Source: a virus
Length of the DNA: 64,000 bases
IMG/VR virus record: IMGVR_UViG_3300025168_000067
Span: 8,633-72,632 of that record
Direction: 5' to 3' (one strand)
The notes below the pieces were generated by a model. The model did not search any database. It saw only the letters and a list, made by a program, of their open reading frames with translations, and was not told the origin of the DNA. Below, piece after piece: positions 1-10,090 of the stretch. The position numbers and the translations under genes were made by a program. Numbering within the stretch: position 1 is the stretch's first letter; the number at the start of each line of letters is the position of its first letter.

Positions 1-2
1 AT

Positions 3-2504
3 GGTCGCGGCCTAGTATTGGGTATGGATAGTGACAACCTATTCACTATTGAATATAGTGGCTCTAACACTTCTTCCCCGAAAAGAGTCAAGTTTAACTT
101 TAATGACAATAGCGATAAATTCATCAGAAAAAGGTTCAACACAAACCCTCAGCTATTAACCACCGCCGGCGCTTTTTATCCCGCAGCCACAGTTGATGAT
201 GTTTGGATTGGAGAAACGTTTGAACAAGAACTAAGAGACCGCGATCTGGACACTGCAGCCCTTCAAGGAGTAATTCTTGGAATTGGGCTAAGTGGCTCAG
301 CCGCGACCGGCCCACAAAACATGAAGAAGCAAGCTTCTCGCGAGGCGGTTGCAGGTTGGTTTATTGGCCAAGACTTAAGTGGAGACCCGACATCCTACAT
401 TCCACAACTACAACAGAAGCTGTTTAAGTTGGTTGGCCGCGGCCACGGAGAGTGGTTGCACAAAAACGTGAAAGTTTCCATCGAAGACATACGACAGTCA
501 AATACCAACGCAACCGAATACGGTTCTTTCTCGGTGGTTCTGAGATCTCTCAGTGACACAGACAACAATGTACAAATTATGGAAAGATTTGATAACTGTA
601 CTCTCGATCCCACAAGCCCCAGCTATGTTGCTCGCAAAATTGGCGATCAATATACAAGCTGGGACTCTGTTAGCCGTAGATTGAAGACATACGGAGATTA
701 TCCAAATAACTCAAGGTTTGTCTATGTAGAGGTTAATCCTGAAGTTGATTCGGCAGCCACAGACCCACTTTATCTTCCATTTGGATTCTTCGGACCCCCC
801 AAATTTACAGATGTTGCGGCTGCTAGTAATGCTGCGGGCTATGACGTCGGCTCTCACAAGAGTTTCGTCATCAACGCACAGGGTTTAAGCCCTAGTTGTA
901 CGCTTCTTTCGGGTGCGTTTGCACTTGCGGAAGGCTTTAAGGCCGCCCCCACACCGACGCAAGCCAACGCCGCCGGCGCAACCAACCAATCACCGTTTCA
1001 GATCATGGTGGCGGGTGATGTAAGAGCGATTCCCGCGATAAGCGAAGACGCAACATTTGCAACACACCTTGGAGTCCGAGCAGTCACAGCATCTCTGATC
1101 TTCCCAGTTAATAGAAGCAGACTATCAGCCAGTGATGGAGGCTTAACAAACACCAAAAACGCATATTGGGGATTTTCAACCACGAGAGTTAGCTCCTCGA
1201 CCAAAAACGACAATAGTGTTGCAGCCCCCAACAGACTACTATATGCAGGATTCCCCGATGATCCAACAGCTGGCACAAACGGCGCTATCGCTGCCTTCCA
1301 TGCCAATGCCGGTATAGATTCATGGTCTTACGTTTTCTCATTGGACGACTTAGTTAGTGGCGACAATGGATTTTATTATCAATCAGGCTCTCGTGCAAAC
1401 CAAGGCCTGGCAACAGCCGGCATTGCAGCCGGATCTGCCACATCAGCTAGCTGGACTCCGATCCTAGACAACGAGCATAACAGATTCACTGCACCTTTCT
1501 GGGGTGGCTTTGATGGCTGGGACATTCAGAAACCCGATCCGCTTTATAATGAAGGTATGGGTTCCTCAGTAACTGAAGACACAAGTTATGCGTATCACAC
1601 CTGGCGCCGAGCATTCGACACAGCTGCAGATCCAGAATATGTTGATATGAATCTTATGGTGGCCCCTGGCCTTACCAACACCTCTTTAACTGAACACATG
1701 ATAAACATGTGCGAGGATAGAGGAGACGCCATGGCGCTTGTAGATCTTCCCAGTGTATACATCCCTCCTCATGAGAAATATTATTCTGATAAATCATCTC
1801 GCCGCGGCACAACTCCACAAACAGCGGTTAATGACTTAAAAGACAGAAGAATTGACTCTTCATATGGAGCCACATTCTACCCATGGGTCCAAACAAGAGA
1901 CGCCGCAACAGGGAGAATGTTGTGGATCCCACCCAGTGTCGCCATGATAGGTGTTCTGGGCAGTTCTGAGGCCAAAACAGCTGTTTGGTTTGCTCCTGCT
2001 GGCTTTAACCGCGGCGGCCTAACAGAAGGCGCTGCAGGTCTCCCAATTACAAGTGTAACCGAACGACTTACATCAAGAGATCGCGATCTATTGTACGAGG
2101 CAAAAATTAATCCAATAGCTTCATTCCCCAACACAGGGATTGTGGTATTCGGACAAAAGACTCTGCAAGACGGCGCCTCTGCGCTAGATAGAATTAACGT
2201 ACGCAGACTGTCCATCTATCTTAAGAAGCAGATTTCAATCATCTCGGCCCAAATATTGTTTGAACAAAATGTTCAAGCAACATGGGATAGGTTCAAAGGA
2301 TTGGTCGAACCATTCTTGGCAAACGTCAAGACAAAGTTCGGCATCACAGATTATAAACTGATTCTTGATGAATCAACTACCACCCCGGACTTAATCGACC
2401 AAAATATTTTGTATGCCAAAATAATGGTCAAACCGGCCCGGGCCATTGAATATATTGCTATTGATTTTGTTATTACATCAACTGGTGCATCATTTGATGA
2501 CTAA
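3..2504 (+). CDS. Contractile tail sheath protein, copy 1 (5'-truncated by window edge)
   Basis: C-terminal sheath motifs WFAPAGFNRG, INPIASFP, VFGQKTLQ, SALDRINVRRL, KPARAIEYIAIDF. The frame is open to the window start and aligns with the middle of copy 2. Confidence 0.95.
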   Translation, partial: GRGLVLGMDSDNLFTIEYSGSNTSSPKRVKFNFNDNSDKFIRKRFNTNPQLLTTAGAFYPAATVDDVWIGETFEQELRDRDLDTAALQGVILGIGLSGSAATGPQNMKKQASREAVAGWFIGQDLSGDPTSYIPQLQQKLFKLVGRGHGEWLHKNVKVSIEDIRQSNTNATEYGSFSVVLRSLSDTDNNVQIMERFDNCTLDPTSPSYVARKIGDQYTSWDSVSRRLKTYGDYPNNSRFVYVEVNPEVDSAATDPLYLPFGFFGPPKFTDVAAASNAAGYDVGSHKSFVINAQGLSPSCTLLSGAFALAEGFKAAPTPTQANAAGATNQSPFQIMVAGDVRAIPAISEDATFATHLGVRAVTASLIFPVNRSRLSASDGGLTNTKNAYWGFSTTRVSSSTKNDNSVAAPNRLLYAGFPDDPTAGTNGAIAAFHANAGIDSWSYVFSLDDLVSGDNGFYYQSGSRANQGLATAGIAAGSATSASWTPILDNEHNRFTAPFWGGFDGWDIQKPDPLYNEGMGSSVTEDTSYAYHTWRRAFDTAADPEYVDMNLMVAPGLTNTSLTEHMINMCEDRGDAMALVDLPSVYIPPHEKYYSDKSSRRGTTPQTAVNDLKDRRIDSSYGATFYPWVQTRDAATGRMLWIPPSVAMIGVLGSSEAKTAVWFAPAGFNRGGLTEGAAGLPITSVTERLTSRDRDLLYEAKINPIASFPNTGIVVFGQKTLQDGASALDRINVRRLSIYLKKQISIISAQILFEQNVQATWDRFKGLVEPFLANVKTKFGITDYKLILDESTTTPDLIDQNILYAKIMVKPARAIEYIAIDFVITSTGASFDD

Positions 2505-2550
2505 TACTTATGAATTGACTAATTAATTTAGATTAAAGGAGAAACTAATA

Positions 2551-3129
2551 ATGCCATTCTGGTCAACAAACTTTGGAGCTGATACGACGCTAAAAGATCC
2601 AAAAAGAAAATTCAGATTTACAGTGTCTTTCACGGGATTAACCCCGTCCGTTCTTTGGTACGCAAAGACGATTTCAAAGCCATCTTTCCAGATAGCTACC
2701 TCGGAGCACAAGTATTTAAACCATACTTTCTACTACCCGGGTTCAGTTACTTGGCAAGATGTCACATTAACGTTGGTTGATCCGGCAGAACCAGACGTGG
2801 CCGCCACACTCTCCGACATTATCACACAGTCAGGCTATTCGCCTCCTACCGATTCTACAAATGAAAGTATGGGCACGATGTCGAAGGCAAAAGCCGCCGG
2901 CGCGCTGGGATCTGTGGTAATCGCTCAGTTAGATTCAGATGGCAAGCCACTTGAAACATGGACCCTATGGAACGCCTTTATCACAGAAGTGAAATATGGC
3001 GATCTTGAGTACGGCGGAGATGACTTGACAGAAATGTCACTTACTCTCAAGTATGATTGGGCTCGTGTTGAAACCAAGGGCAAATCCATCACTGTAAACG
3101 GTGGTGGAGACACATTCTTCAACGCATAA
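2551..3129 (+). CDS. Tail tube protein (T4 gp19-like)
   Basis: Adjacent to sheath; motifs DPKRKFRF, YYPGSVTWQDVTLTLVDP, WTLWNAFITEVKYGDLEY, LTLKYDWA; SD AAGGAG upstream. Confidence 0.9.
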   Translation: MPFWSTNFGADTTLKDPKRKFRFTVSFTGLTPSVLWYAKTISKPSFQIATSEHKYLNHTFYYPGSVTWQDVTLTLVDPAEPDVAATLSDIITQSGYSPPTDSTNESMGTMSKAKAAGALGSVVIAQLDSDGKPLETWTLWNAFITEVKYGDLEYGGDDLTEMSLTLKYDWARVETKGKSITVNGGGDTFFNA

Positions 3130-3152
3130 AAAATAACTAAGGAAACCTTTAC

Positions 3153-6100
3153 ATGTCAGTCAAAAGCTTTAAGTTTATATCGCCGGGCGTTTTTATTCAC
3201 GAAATCGATAACTCCGGAATTCCCAACATAGCGGAAGCCATCGGCCCCACAGTTATGGGCCGTTCATCGCGCGGATTGGCGATGCAACCAGTAAAGGTCA
3301 ATTCATATTCAGAATTTATCGATATGTTCGGTAACGCGGTTCCCGGTGGTTCCAATGACGATGTATATAGGAAAGGAAACTACTCATCTCCGATGTACGG
3401 GACATATGCAGCAAATGCATTCTTGAGGTCCGGAGTCGCCCCCCTTACTTATGTCCGCCTTCTAGGCCAGCAAACGACCGTCGGCTCTGCCGCCGGCGGA
3501 GACGCAGCAGCAGGCTGGAAGACGACGCAGAACGTATCAACCACTCCGACAGCGACCGGAGGAGCTTTTGGCCTCTTTGTGTGCGCTAGCGGTTCCGGCG
3601 TAGATATGACTGGAGATTCTTGGAGCACAAGCGCCCTACACTTAGCTGCAGTATTTTATATGAACAGCGGCTCAATGCACCTCTCAGGCACCGCTAGAGG
3701 CGCCGGCGGTACCGAAGCCCTCGGTACAAATGAGCCGAATCTCGGCGCTGAAGGCATAGGTATGGTAATCGGAATGGCCGATGGACTGTTTAGTCTCGTG
3801 GTGTCAGGATCCAATAAGGGCGCAGATCCCGAACCTGCAAACAAGGCAAGAGTACTTAAGTTTAATTTTGACGACTCTAGTGACAAGTTTATCCGCAAAA
3901 GCGTTAATACGAACCCACAACTCCTCTCGACTGCAGCCGCATTTTTCCCTGCAAGCACAACAGAAGATGTTTGGCTTGGAGAAACGTTCGAGCAAGAATT
4001 AAGAGATCTTGGCCTCGCCACAGCCACAACGCTTCAAGGAACAATTCTTCCGATCGCGAAGAGTGGCTCTGTTGGTGTTGGCCCCCAAAACATGAAAGCA
4101 CAAGCCTCTAGAGAGGCAGTTGCTGGTTGGTTTATTGGCCAAGACTTGAGTGGAAATCCCACCAGTTACGACGCTAAGAATCAGCAAAAACTGTTTAGAC
4201 TCAAAGGCCGCGGCCATGGCGAGTGGCTTCACAAGAACGTGAAGGTTTCGATCGAAAAGATCCGCGCATCCAACTCGACAGTAACCGATTACGGTACTTT
4301 CTCGGTAGTTCTCCGGAATGTCAATGATACCGACAACACCGTACAAGTTCTAGAGAGATTCGACAGCTGCAATCTCGATCCATCAAGTCCGAGCTTCATT
4401 GCGCGCAAGATCGGAGATAAATACAAATCATGGGATACTACAGCAAAGACATTGAAAGAATACGGAGAATATCCAAATCTATCGAAATTTGTATATGTAG
4501 AGATCAACCCAGAAGTTGATTCTGCCGCAACGGATCCGACTTGCTTGCCGTTTGGCTACTTCGGACCTCCCGGTCTTGCTTCCGTGAATTCTGGTTCTTC
4601 AATTGTGCCGAATCGCGATGGAGCTACTGACGCTGCCAGCGCGGTCTATGCTTCAAACAATAACACGTTTATTCTTGGGAATAGTAATGTCAATCAGAAA
4701 ATGGCCACCCTCCAGCGATTTTCCCCCGCCGGCGCCTCAGTCGAAAGCACCGAAAACCTTATTTTAGTTAGAGATAGCATACAAGCCGGCGTAACCAACA
4801 AGACACGCTTTCGGCCAGTAACTGCATCCATCCACTTCCCGAAAGACAGACTTCGCATATCTGCCAGTGCCGGAGGATTATCCGACACAAAAGATGCATA
4901 TTGGGGTTGGTCCACGACACGCAAAGCAGCGAATTCCATTCCTGACGCATCCGTAATCGACTGGCACCGTCTATTGTACGCAGATTTCCCAGTAGATCCA
5001 ACGGCCGGCACCGATGGTGCTGTGGGCAGCGTTGATGCTACAGCCGGCGTTAAAGCCTGGTCATATATCTTCTCCTTAGATGACATTGTATCCGGAGCAA
5101 ATGGATATATCTATCACTCTGGCTCGCGCCGAGCAGAAGCATCAGCAACCTCAGCTAGCTACACTTCAATATTGAACAATGGAGTTGATAGATTTACAGC
5201 CCCGTTCTGGGGTGGCGCCGATGGGTTCGACATCCAGAAGCCCGATCCGCTTTATAATGAGCAGTGGAGAGGCGCATCTCCCACAGAAGACACAAGCTAC
5301 GCATATCACACCTGGAAACGTGCAATCGACACGATCTCGGATCCAGAAGTTACTGACATGAATGTACTGACAGCACCCGGCCTCACACAAGCCACCTTAA
5401 CAGAACATATGATTACAACTTGTGAGGCCCGCGGCGACAGCATGGCGCTGATCGACCTACCAGATATATATTTGCCGACTCACGAAGTCTATAAGTCTTC
5501 GAAGAAAGAAAGAGTGGGAACTACACCGGCCCAATCAGTTAATAACTTTAAAGATAGAAGAATCGACTCATCATACGGCGCGACATTCTACCCGTGGGTT
5601 CAAACAAGAGATGAAAACACCGGCCGCCTCCTGTGGATTCCGCCAAGCGTAGCCGCTTTGGGAGTGCTAGGTAGCTCAGAGAGAAAAACACAAGTTTGGT
5701 TCTCAGCCGCCGGATACAACCGCGGAAGCTTATCAAATGGCGCTGCTGGAATAACTGTAACAGGTGTTTCAGAGAGATTGTCTTCTAAAGAAAGGGACGC
5801 TCTTTATAAGGGTAGAATTAATCCAATTGCCAACTTTGTTGATACAGGAATTGTAATATTCGGACAAAAGACCTTACAAGCTAGAAAATCAGCACTTGAC
5901 AGAATCAATGTCCGGAGACTGGTGATTCATATGAAGAAGCAGATATCTGTAATTTCTTCACAGATACTTTTCGAACAAAATGTTCAAGCAACGTGGGATA
6001 GGTTTAAGGGCTTAGTGGAGCCATTCCTTTCAAATGTCAAAGTCGAGTATGGTATCACAGATTACAGACTAATCTTGGATGAAACAACCACCACTCCTGA

Positions 6101-6215
6101 TTTGATTGACCAAAACATCCTATACGCCAAGATTATGATTAAGCCTGCACGAGCAATCGAGTTTATAGCAATTGACTTTGTTATTGCTTCGACCGGCGCA
6201 TCATTCGACGATTAA
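3153..6215 (+). CDS. Contractile tail sheath protein, copy 2 (full length, 1020 aa)
   Basis: N-terminal SPGVFIHEIDNS sheath start and the same C-terminal motifs as copy 1. Confidence 0.95.
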   Translation: MSVKSFKFISPGVFIHEIDNSGIPNIAEAIGPTVMGRSSRGLAMQPVKVNSYSEFIDMFGNAVPGGSNDDVYRKGNYSSPMYGTYAANAFLRSGVAPLTYVRLLGQQTTVGSAAGGDAAAGWKTTQNVSTTPTATGGAFGLFVCASGSGVDMTGDSWSTSALHLAAVFYMNSGSMHLSGTARGAGGTEALGTNEPNLGAEGIGMVIGMADGLFSLVVSGSNKGADPEPANKARVLKFNFDDSSDKFIRKSVNTNPQLLSTAAAFFPASTTEDVWLGETFEQELRDLGLATATTLQGTILPIAKSGSVGVGPQNMKAQASREAVAGWFIGQDLSGNPTSYDAKNQQKLFRLKGRGHGEWLHKNVKVSIEKIRASNSTVTDYGTFSVVLRNVNDTDNTVQVLERFDSCNLDPSSPSFIARKIGDKYKSWDTTAKTLKEYGEYPNLSKFVYVEINPEVDSAATDPTCLPFGYFGPPGLASVNSGSSIVPNRDGATDAASAVYASNNNTFILGNSNVNQKMATLQRFSPAGASVESTENLILVRDSIQAGVTNKTRFRPVTASIHFPKDRLRISASAGGLSDTKDAYWGWSTTRKAANSIPDASVIDWHRLLYADFPVDPTAGTDGAVGSVDATAGVKAWSYIFSLDDIVSGANGYIYHSGSRRAEASATSASYTSILNNGVDRFTAPFWGGADGFDIQKPDPLYNEQWRGASPTEDTSYAYHTWKRAIDTISDPEVTDMNVLTAPGLTQATLTEHMITTCEARGDSMALIDLPDIYLPTHEVYKSSKKERVGTTPAQSVNNFKDRRIDSSYGATFYPWVQTRDENTGRLLWIPPSVAALGVLGSSERKTQVWFSAAGYNRGSLSNGAAGITVTGVSERLSSKERDALYKGRINPIANFVDTGIVIFGQKTLQARKSALDRINVRRLVIHMKKQISVISSQILFEQNVQATWDRFKGLVEPFLSNVKVEYGITDYRLILDETTTTPDLIDQNILYAKIMIKPARAIEFIAIDFVIASTGASFDD

Positions 6216-6272
6216 AATTAAAAAGTTTAAATAAATTGACTATTCATATATAATACTTAAGAGAGGTGAAAT

Positions 6273-7142
6273 TTGTCAAGAAATAGAGGTCGTACCGACG
6301 GCATGCAACCAGCACGCCCGGAAGACACCAATACTCCAGCCCAGCATCTGGCTAATAATGCTGAAAATGCAACTCCGTTTTCATTTGTGGTTCCAACCGA
6401 ATTTGTGGATTTGCCATCTGGTGGCAAGCACTATGCGCCAGGCCACCCCCTACATGGGGTCGATAGCATTGAGATAAAGCAGATGACCGCAAAAGAAGAA
6501 GATATACTGACATCCAGGACGCTTCTTAAGAAGGGTGTTGCGCTAGACAGAATGATTCAAAGCGTTATACTTAATAAAAGTATTGATCCAAAGTCTTTGC
6601 TTGTTGGTGACAGAAATGCTATCTTGGTATCAATTCGAGTATCTGGATATGGTAATGAATACTCCACTAATATCGCGTGTCCGGATTGTGGTGTAAATCA
6701 GCAATATACATTCGATCTGAACGACACCAACACATATGTTGGAGATGATATCGAGGAATTAAAAGTATTTCAAGTTGCTGAAGGCGTTTTTTCAACGACT
6801 CTTCCGCTAACTGGTATTGAGGTTGCATTTAAACTGTTAGACGGTTATGATGAAAAGAGGCTGGCCGATGGTATTGAGCACGATAGGAAGAAGAGAAACG
6901 ATAAAGTTATTACCAGACAACTAAGAACTATGATAATATCAGTAAAAGAAGACACTTCGAAAGAGGTTATTAATTATTTAGTAGAGAACATTCCATCAAT
7001 GGATTCTCGACACTTAAGAATGGCTTATAAAGCAGCCGCCCCTAACCTAGATTTATCACAAAATTTTGAATGTTCCGAGTGCGAATACGATCAAAAAATT
7101 GAGGTTCCGCTTAATGCGGACTTTTTTTGGCCTGACCGATGA
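6273..7142 (+). CDS. Tail/baseplate hub assembly chaperone (T4 gp26-like)
   Basis: VDLPSGG, MTAKEEDIL, LLVGDRNAILVSIR, two CxxC pairs; lies between sheath and tape measure. Confidence 0.7.
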   Translation: MSRNRGRTDGMQPARPEDTNTPAQHLANNAENATPFSFVVPTEFVDLPSGGKHYAPGHPLHGVDSIEIKQMTAKEEDILTSRTLLKKGVALDRMIQSVILNKSIDPKSLLVGDRNAILVSIRVSGYGNEYSTNIACPDCGVNQQYTFDLNDTNTYVGDDIEELKVFQVAEGVFSTTLPLTGIEVAFKLLDGYDEKRLADGIEHDRKKRNDKVITRQLRTMIISVKEDTSKEVINYLVENIPSMDSRHLRMAYKAAAPNLDLSQNFECSECEYDQKIEVPLNADFFWPDR

Positions 7143-7146
7143 GTAC

Positions 7147-7377
7147 ATGGAGAACGTGTATGAGCAATTTTTCTTTTTAAAATATAGCGGAGGATGGTCA
7201 TTCTCCGAGGCCTATAATCTGCCTCTGGGGCTGCGTAGGTGGTTTGTTGAGAGATTAGCCAGCCAGATTGAGAAAGAAAACGAAGCGATTGAGAGGGCTA
7301 GTGGTGGTGGTAATAATACACAAACACTGAGCAATGCCAATCAGCCAGCACCCCCTCCACAATATAGGGAAGACTAA
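7147..7377 (+). CDS. Small tail assembly protein (possibly the frameshifted C-terminus of the upstream chaperone)
   Basis: GGWSFSEAYNLPLGLRRWF resembles the short motif of tail assembly chaperone second ORFs. Its frame is open upstream through the T7 run at 7122-7128. Confidence 0.65.
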   Translation: MENVYEQFFFLKYSGGWSFSEAYNLPLGLRRWFVERLASQIEKENEAIERASGGGNNTQTLSNANQPAPPPQYRED

Positions 7378-7403
7378 AGCAAAGCTAGCCTTTGCTTTTT
7401 TTT
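7376..7403 (+). terminator. Intrinsic terminator
   Basis: Stem AAAGCAAAG / CTTTGCTTT with a 5-nt loop, followed by a T-run, right after the stop at 7377. Confidence 0.7.
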
Positions 7404-7439
7404 GTATAAACTATTTACGTTTAGAAGGTTCCCGAATAC

Positions 7440-10070
7440 ATGGCAACGTTAGACGACATTAAAGCAGTTTTAGAGAAGATTCTGGCCAGAGATGCGTCTT
7501 CGTCCGCGGCCAAAGGCACTAGTAAGACCGGCAGCGCGCTAACCGACGAAGAGCGCCTCAAAGCGGCAGTAGAAAGACAAAACCTGGCCAGGGAAGAAGT
7601 AAAGAACTATGAGGAGCTTAACAAAAAGAAGATCTTGGGCGTCGAGAACGCCGAGAACGCCAGGATTCTAGCAGAGGCTAACTTAGAGTTAGAAAAATCC
7701 CAGCTTGCTCTTTTGAACGAAAGGATCAAGGGTCAGAGCAAGTTAAGCACCGAAGAAAAGAAACACTGGGAACTTGAAAAAAACAATTTAGAAAAAAGCA
7801 TTAAACAGCGCGCCGCCAAAAAAAAGAACGATGCGCGCAAGGCCAACGAACGTAAAAAGGCGCTGAGCGATGGCAAAGTCTTTGCCTCTCAAGCCGCCAA
7901 TATGGCAAAGAAAACAGCCAGTCTTGGAATGAATCAATCGGCCATCGGCCGGTCCATATCTAAGCAAGCCGGTGGAATGGTTAATATGGTTGGAAGTATG
8001 GGAAGCTTAGTTATGTCTGGGGTCTCCTTCGCCTCATCCTTGGCTGCAGCCGGCGTGGCGGCAGGGACTATTGGTATTATTATCGGTGCAATTGTCCTTG
8101 CGCTGTTGCCCTTGGCGATCGGCGGCGCTATTCTGGGGGGCATGATTGCCATAACAAGCTATATGGTATCCTTGGCAATAGAAGCCAGAGACGCAGCCGC
8201 CGCATTTACGATGCTGACAGGCGCAAGTATGGAGTTCGGAAAAGACGCTGTACAACTTAAAGCAGACCTGGCAGGAATAAATGCTAGTTATGATGAGACC
8301 AATAAATCCATGGCCGGCTTATACAAAGGTACCACAATATTCTCCCAAGCTAATTCCGGCACTCGCAAGGAGCTAGCTGGAATGGCCATTGTAATGGAGA
8401 GATGGGGAGTCTCCACCGCGACATACTCGAAAGGGGTGGAAGCAATGGTGACTTCTATGGGCATCGCTGATTCAGCCGCAGCAGACGAAATGTGGCGATT
8501 GAAAAAACATGCGGAGATAATAGGCCAAGCCCCCGAACAATACGTGAGCCTGTTTTCGGAAATGGGGGATTCCTTGTCATTGTTTGACGACGCAATCGGA
8601 ACATTTAAAGAGTTAGCCCGTGTCCAAAAGCTAACAGGCATGGAGATGCGCACCATCCTCGATCTTACAAGAAAGTTTGATACGTTTGAGGGCGCCGCCA
8701 CCATGGCTGGAAACTTGAACGCAGCCCTTGGTGGAAACTTTGTCAATGCGATGGATATGATGATGGAAACCGATCCAGTCGCGAGATTTGAGATGATCAG
8801 AGATGCGATTAAAGGCACTGGCTTAGAGTTCGACACAATGGGATACCACCAGAAACAGTTTTATATGAAACAACTGGGATTCAGTAAAGTAAGCGATTTA
8901 GCTAAACTTATGAGAGGGGGAGATCTAAAGGGTCTTGCTGGTGATTATTCAAAAACTGCAGATGAATTAGAAGCTGCAGAAAAGGAAACAAAAAGATTTC
9001 AATCAACGATGAATGTGCTAAAGGGTATGTTAAATCAATTGCAGCCCGTTTTTGTTAAGCTTATTGACCCGATTCAGAAATTTGTCGATTCCTTGACAGG
9101 TAAGGACGGCCCCTCAGATCTAATGATAGGGCTGAGAGATTCCATTGATTCGTTGGTAACCAAGTCACTAATACCATTCATAAACGAACTGCCCAAGCTC
9201 ATTGCTAGCTTCCAGACATGGACAACAGATAATAGTGAGCTTATCGATAGCTTTATAGAATTGATCCCTGTTGCCATAGAGGTTACAATGGCCATCACAA
9301 AGTTCTTCGCTCTTTTTGTTGGTGAAAAGGCCACCGCCGCCGGCGGCTGGTTTAGTCTTTTTTCCGGCGATGTCGAAGGCGCCGGCAAGAAGTTTAGGGG
9401 CGCCGCCAAGATAGCGGAAGAAGGTTCCACTATGTGGTCCAAATCCTTCGACTTTGTCACAGATCACGCGCTGTACTCAATCCCGATTTTAGGTCAAATG
9501 ATCATGGTCTTCGACGGCGTAACTGGGGCAGTCAAAATGGCCGCCTCCGCATTCACCACTGAACACAGCTTGTCATTCAATCAATCATTAGAACATCAAA
9601 ACAAAATGTTTGCAGCAATGCCAAACAGTATCGACGGCGCCACTAAAGCTATGGGCTCAATGACAAGTCCATTAGCAAAAAATACAAAAAGTATGAATCT
9701 CTTTGGTGATGCCACCAGCAGTGCCTTTGGTGGCGCAGTTAGTTCTATTGGAGAGCTAAAAGACGCTTTTGTTTCTGATATGGCGACAATGGAAGCTTCA
9801 TCTGAAACCCCTCTAATGATGCGCGCCACAGCAGCAGTAGCCAAGCATGTAGTTGAATCCACCTCCTCGGGCGTACGCAACGCCGGCGCCGCCCTGAACC
9901 GCGCTACAGCTGGTATATCGCAAACACCAACAACTTCACCTGGCTCCGCCGCGCAACAATCACCAATGGTAAAACAGCCGATAGAGGTGGTGTTACGCAC
10001 AGAAGAGGGCGTCCTGGCCAAACAGATAATAAACGTGATCGGTAGAGAGATTCAAGCAGTTGTCTCATAA
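7440..10070 (+). CDS. Tape measure protein
   Basis: 876 aa, Ala/Gly/Met-rich, N-terminal coiled coil, central hydrophobic segments, FDTFEGAA..AGNLNA motif; canonical position after the chaperones. Confidence 0.8.
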   Translation: MATLDDIKAVLEKILARDASSSAAKGTSKTGSALTDEERLKAAVERQNLAREEVKNYEELNKKKILGVENAENARILAEANLELEKSQLALLNERIKGQSKLSTEEKKHWELEKNNLEKSIKQRAAKKKNDARKANERKKALSDGKVFASQAANMAKKTASLGMNQSAIGRSISKQAGGMVNMVGSMGSLVMSGVSFASSLAAAGVAAGTIGIIIGAIVLALLPLAIGGAILGGMIAITSYMVSLAIEARDAAAAFTMLTGASMEFGKDAVQLKADLAGINASYDETNKSMAGLYKGTTIFSQANSGTRKELAGMAIVMERWGVSTATYSKGVEAMVTSMGIADSAAADEMWRLKKHAEIIGQAPEQYVSLFSEMGDSLSLFDDAIGTFKELARVQKLTGMEMRTILDLTRKFDTFEGAATMAGNLNAALGGNFVNAMDMMMETDPVARFEMIRDAIKGTGLEFDTMGYHQKQFYMKQLGFSKVSDLAKLMRGGDLKGLAGDYSKTADELEAAEKETKRFQSTMNVLKGMLNQLQPVFVKLIDPIQKFVDSLTGKDGPSDLMIGLRDSIDSLVTKSLIPFINELPKLIASFQTWTTDNSELIDSFIELIPVAIEVTMAITKFFALFVGEKATAAGGWFSLFSGDVEGAGKKFRGAAKIAEEGSTMWSKSFDFVTDHALYSIPILGQMIMVFDGVTGAVKMAASAFTTEHSLSFNQSLEHQNKMFAAMPNSIDGATKAMGSMTSPLAKNTKSMNLFGDATSSAFGGAVSSIGELKDAFVSDMATMEASSETPLMMRATAAVAKHVVESTSSGVRNAGAALNRATAGISQTPTTSPGSAAQQSPMVKQPIEVVLRTEEGVLAKQIINVIGREIQAVVS

Positions 10071-10090
10071 TTTAAAAGGAAAAACAAGAA

